DNA of 63,951 nt, filler included, from Reclinomonas americana ATCC 50394 (taxonomy: Eukaryota), in the NCBI GenBank assembly GCA_048213135.1. It is 43 parts of 43 records of this genome, joined end to end, with 100 filler letters (N's around TTAATTAATTAA, not from the genome) between each part and the next. Parts side by side here need not be neighbours in the genome. Positions count along the whole stretch, not along the records: positions 59,623 to 60,998 come from AFZH01025721.1; positions 61,099 to 62,475 come from AFZH01025722.1; positions 62,576 to 63,951 come from AFZH01025723.1; 40 more parts are not named here. One strand, 5' to 3'. Positions 60,635-63,951 of the stretch are shown here, piece after piece. The notes under the pieces were generated by a model. That model saw only the letters and a list, made by a program, of their open reading frames with translations, was not told where the DNA came from and searched no databases. Numbering within the stretch: position 1 is the first letter of the stretch; each line of letters opens with the position of its first letter. The translations under genes were made by a program, and so were the position numbers.

Positions 60635-60947
60635 TTACACGAATGCAATTCCAGGCAACTCGGGAATGACCGTCTGCTTGGGTGCTGGATTGCAATTTAA
60701 CCCATAGCAGGGGAAACGCCCCTCTGTGGCCACCTGCAGGCAGCAACGGCAGAACCCCGCGCGACAGCCTTTGCAGCTGTAAATGAACTGCGCATACGAG
60801 GTATCTGAGCCTAGTTGCATGCGCAGGTTGAGAAGGAAATTGTGAGAGTCAAACCTTGCATCCCTCCTTCGTCTCCACGATGAGGCCGCAGTTTGGGCAA
60901 GCGCGAATTGTGGGAACGAGGGTCTCTGCGGGCAGGCCGATGACGCT
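60635..60947 (-). CDS. RBR-type E3 ubiquitin ligase RING2/Rcat domain, last exons (intron 60788..60854)
   Basis: Spliced IRACPNCGLIVETKEGCK|FIYSCKGCRAGFCRCCL...C...C.PAPKQT. Confidence 0.75.
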
Positions 60948-61192
60948 CTGTGGATGAAAGTCTGAGTCCTAATCGCTGCATCTCTCTCTCTCTCTCTCNN
61001 NNNNNNNNNNNNNNNNNNNNNNNNNNNNNNNNNNNNNNNNNNTTAATTAATTAANNNNNNNNNNNNNNNNNNNNNNNNNNNNNNNNNNNNNNNNNNNNAC
61101 CTATGCAAAGGAGAGATGATCGCAAGATGAGCGCGAGTGAATCTACTCGCGCGCGCGCGCGCGTGTGTGTGTGTGAGGAGAGACAACTCGCC

Positions 61193-61267
61193 AGTGGTGA
61201 GCATCGTGGAGATGACGGTGAAGGGTATCTTGTACTGCTCGTACAGCGTGCTCAAACGGTTCCACAT
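61193..61267 (-). CDS. Hypothetical protein, first exon
   Basis: MWNRLSTLYEQYKIPFTVISTMLTT, followed by GCGAGT (possible GC-type donor) and a (CA)n intron-like tract. Confidence 0.35.
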
Positions 61268-61363
61268 CGTCGCAGCGATGGGCGCACAACCACGAACTGG
61301 CAAAGGACGAAATGCAACGAGAGGACTCCGCTCTTTATGACTGCATGCTTCTCTTCCTCCTTC

Positions 61364-62220
61364 TCACGGCCATCCCGGGATGCCACTCCACACACGCGCA
61401 CGATACGCCGCATGCTCGGCGCCAAAGAACTTGCCCAGCATCTCCTCCTCGTCCCTGTCGCAAGCAGACAAGTGAGAAGCTTCGATATCTCTCTCCCACA
61501 CCTGCTGCTGAGCGCACAACGCAACTCGAGACGATCGGTGAAGAACCTCCACAGCACGTAGGCAAAGCCGAGTGTCGACACCACATTGTGCAGCATCACT
61601 TGCAGGCCGACGGCGAAGAGCAGGAAGCCGAGGTAGCCCGGATGCCGCACGAATCTGCATGCAATCACGGGGCATGAGACAGGACGGCGGCAGTGAGAGG
61701 GCGCGCACGCAGTGCAAGAGAGAGAGAAAGAGACCTGTAGATGCCCCAGGTGACGAGTCGATGCTTCTGGCGCTTCTCGTATTGCACCTGCCTCGGCGAT
61801 GAGCACAACAACAACAACAACAACGATCACGTGGATGCGCGCGCGCGCTCACTCACCAGGTGCGTAAAGTTGTGCTTGGCCGTGACCATGCCGACCTTGC
61901 GCAGCAGCTCGCCGACCACCGCCATTGTCAATCCCAAGTAGAAAATGGCATCGACGTGCTTCAGCGACGGCCACATCCACTCGGTCGCCACAAACTCGCT
62001 CACACCACACGACACCGCAAACGTGTACGGCCACGTGATCAGCGTCGCTGTGCATGTGTGTGATTGATTGAGAAGGGCATGCACACACACTCTCTTTCAT
62101 GCACATGACGCAACAGTCCCAGCTCAGCTGCTCTGGGTTGTAGGCCCACACCAGCAGCACCTCTCCCGCGTGGAAGAACACGAGAATCGCAAAGAACAGC
62201 CACAACACCGACAAGTCCAT
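61364..62220 (-). CDS. ICMT: Protein-S-isoprenylcysteine O-methyltransferase (Ste14/ICMT), complete, 5 exons
   Basis: GELLRKVGMVTAKHNFTHL|VQYEKRQKHRLVTWGIYR|FVRHPGYLGF...WRFFTDRL|EDEEEMLGKFFG.EH..YRARVWSGIP. Confidence 0.95.
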
Positions 62221-62244
62221 CTAAAAAAAGCAGTGTGGTATGAG

Positions 62245-62475
62245 TCATCTGTACACTCTTCTCATGCGCGCCACCGGCAGCCTCTCCTCACTGCCGCTCA
62301 TCGCCAGCTCATATCTCTCCACCACCTCAAAGCCATGCGCTGCGTAGAGCGGCTCGCCAGTTCGCGTGGCCACCAACTCGGCGACGCGGAACCCCGCCTC
62401 CTGCAACGCACGCTCGCACGTGTGCAGCAGGTGGCGACCGCAGCCGCGTCGCGCCCACTGCGGATGCACAAAGAA
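62245..62475 (-). CDS. GNAT family N-acetyltransferase, 3' part, bacterial-like
   Basis: FFVHPQWARRGCGRHLL (motif A) ...ELVATRTGEPLYAAHGF (motif B). Confidence 0.88.
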   Translation of the reverse strand, partial: FFVHPQWARRGCGRHLLHTCERALQEAGFRVAELVATRTGEPLYAAHGFEVVERYELAMSGSEERLPVARMRRVYR

Positions 62476-62575
62476 NNNNNNNNNNNNNNNNNNNNNNNNN
62501 NNNNNNNNNNNNNNNNNNNTTAATTAATTAANNNNNNNNNNNNNNNNNNNNNNNNNNNNNNNNNNNNNNNNNNNN

Positions 62576-63439
62576 CGTCGTGATGCAACGCCTGCGCCGG
62601 TCCACCCAACGAGTCCGATCGCTGGCGATTCATGATGGCCGACGACGGCAGCGCACCAGCTGGTGGCGTGGTGGAGGTGGAGCGCGGCGACATGGACGGC
62701 GTCGTGGCGGCATCGCCGTACTGCAACAGCATTGGCGGCGGCGGGTACTGCTGGTACTGATAATGGTGGTGCTGATGGTGGTAGGGTGACGGTCGTCCCA
62801 CGGCAGCCGTGGCCGAGGCTCGTCGCTGCGGCGGGGTGCGCGACAAACTGCGCGACACGGCACGGCCTAGAACACCACGCGCGCTCGGGCCAGGAGACTG
62901 GCGTGACGATGCCGATGTCGACGACAAGTTTCCGCCCTCGGTGGCATCCGCAGCCGCACGGGTGCGCCGATCCATGTAGTAGTCGCGCGTGGCCTCAATG
63001 CGCGCCAGCAGCTTTTCGTGCGCTTGTTGCTGCACGAGGTTGATGAAAAAAAGGCTTCAACACTCCTCTCCCTTTCTCCCACACCACTCACCCACGTGCT
63101 CGGCTCCAACTCCAACTCCTCCACGGGTCCCCACGGCATGTCCGGCAGCGGATCCGCCAAACCAAAGTCCACGGCCACATAACCGGAGATCCACGGATGC
63201 CGCCGCATGTCGTCCAGCGACAGGCGACGCTCGACATCGGGGGTGAGAATGCCCGACATGAAATCGACGCAAATGTCGGTCACCAGGCCGACGGGGTACT
63301 TGACTTGGCACTGCTTGATGGCGCGATGCGTCAGGTGCTCCGTCTTGCCCACAAACGGGCACCGGCCGAACAGCATGACAAAGAGGCTGACGCCCATTGC
63401 CCAAATGTCGGCCTTGACGGTGGAGTAGGGTTGGCCGCC
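62576..63439 (-). CDS. Ser/Thr protein kinase (CAMK/AMPK-like), C-lobe plus disordered tail, spliced
   Basis: KADIWAMGVSLFVMLFGRCPF...ILTPDVERRLSLDDMRRHPWI. Confidence 0.9.
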
Positions 63440-63897
63440 TGCCCACAAGGGAAAGGGAAATTAGCAAAGGAAAGGAGAAAGGGGGATAAGAGGGAAGGGG
63501 AAAGGGGAAAGGGGAAGGGAGAAAGGGGAAGGAGAAGGGGGAAGGAGAAGGGGGAAGGAGAAGGGGAAGAGCGAGGAGGAAGACTCAAGGGGGAAGAGAA
63601 GGGGGAAGAGAAGGGGGGAGGGAAGGGGAAGAGAAGGGGGAAGCAAAGGTGAGGCAAAGAGGGAAGCAAAGAGGGGAAGGGGCAGATGGTTGGAAGACGA
63701 CGGTTCGAGGCGAATTAACACGAGAGAAATCCGAGGTCCGAAAACTAAGCATGCGAAAACATATGGCAGACAAAGTCTTTGCTTCCTCTTTTGCGAAATT
63801 CTGCCGCTCACGCCGTTTCGTAGTAACCACCTCAATGGAAGCAAGAACAACAAGTCAACTGATCACAAACAGCGCGATAAACCCGAAAGAACGCATC

Positions 63898-63946
<49 letters not shown>

Positions 63947-63951
63947 TCTTC

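Overview
This window is not a continuous locus. It is a concatenation of 43 short contigs (about 1.38-1.40 kb, roughly size-sorted) joined by artificial ~100-nt spacers (N44-TTAATTAATTAA-N44, stops in all six frames), so nothing can be inferred across spacers. About 40 contigs come from a GC-rich, microsatellite-rich eukaryote with short (mostly 60-85 nt) GT-AG introns. It is probably a flagellated heterotrophic protist: CFAP47-, CFAP96- and FAM228-like genes occur alongside CSE1, UTP20, GBE1, ICMT, SREK1-like, TMEM43, a kinesin and a P5-ATPase. Three contigs are bacterial passengers: an actinobacterial DUF2469-yraN-comM/yifB fragment, an actinobacterial-like nitrilase plus sugar ABC permease, and an alphaproteobacterial rseP-bamA fragment. 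Two contig pairs look like alleles. The most notable signals are: (1) about 15 introns use a +1-shifted 5' splice site (GTTGCG/GTTGTG/GTTAAG), always after a non-G last exon base; (2) an expanded, intronless WD40 family with near-identical repeats, hypervariable surface positions and a conserved unknown C-terminal tail; (3) an OTU1/YOD1-like C-terminal region and zinc finger fused to a NADAR domain; (4) an intron-containing gene for a phage/giant-virus fibre-like repeat protein; (5) a kinesin with degenerate switch I/II motifs; (6) a GNAT gene ending 24 nt before ICMT, with a splice acceptor directly before the ATG. All protein calls rest on motif recognition by eye; no searches were run.
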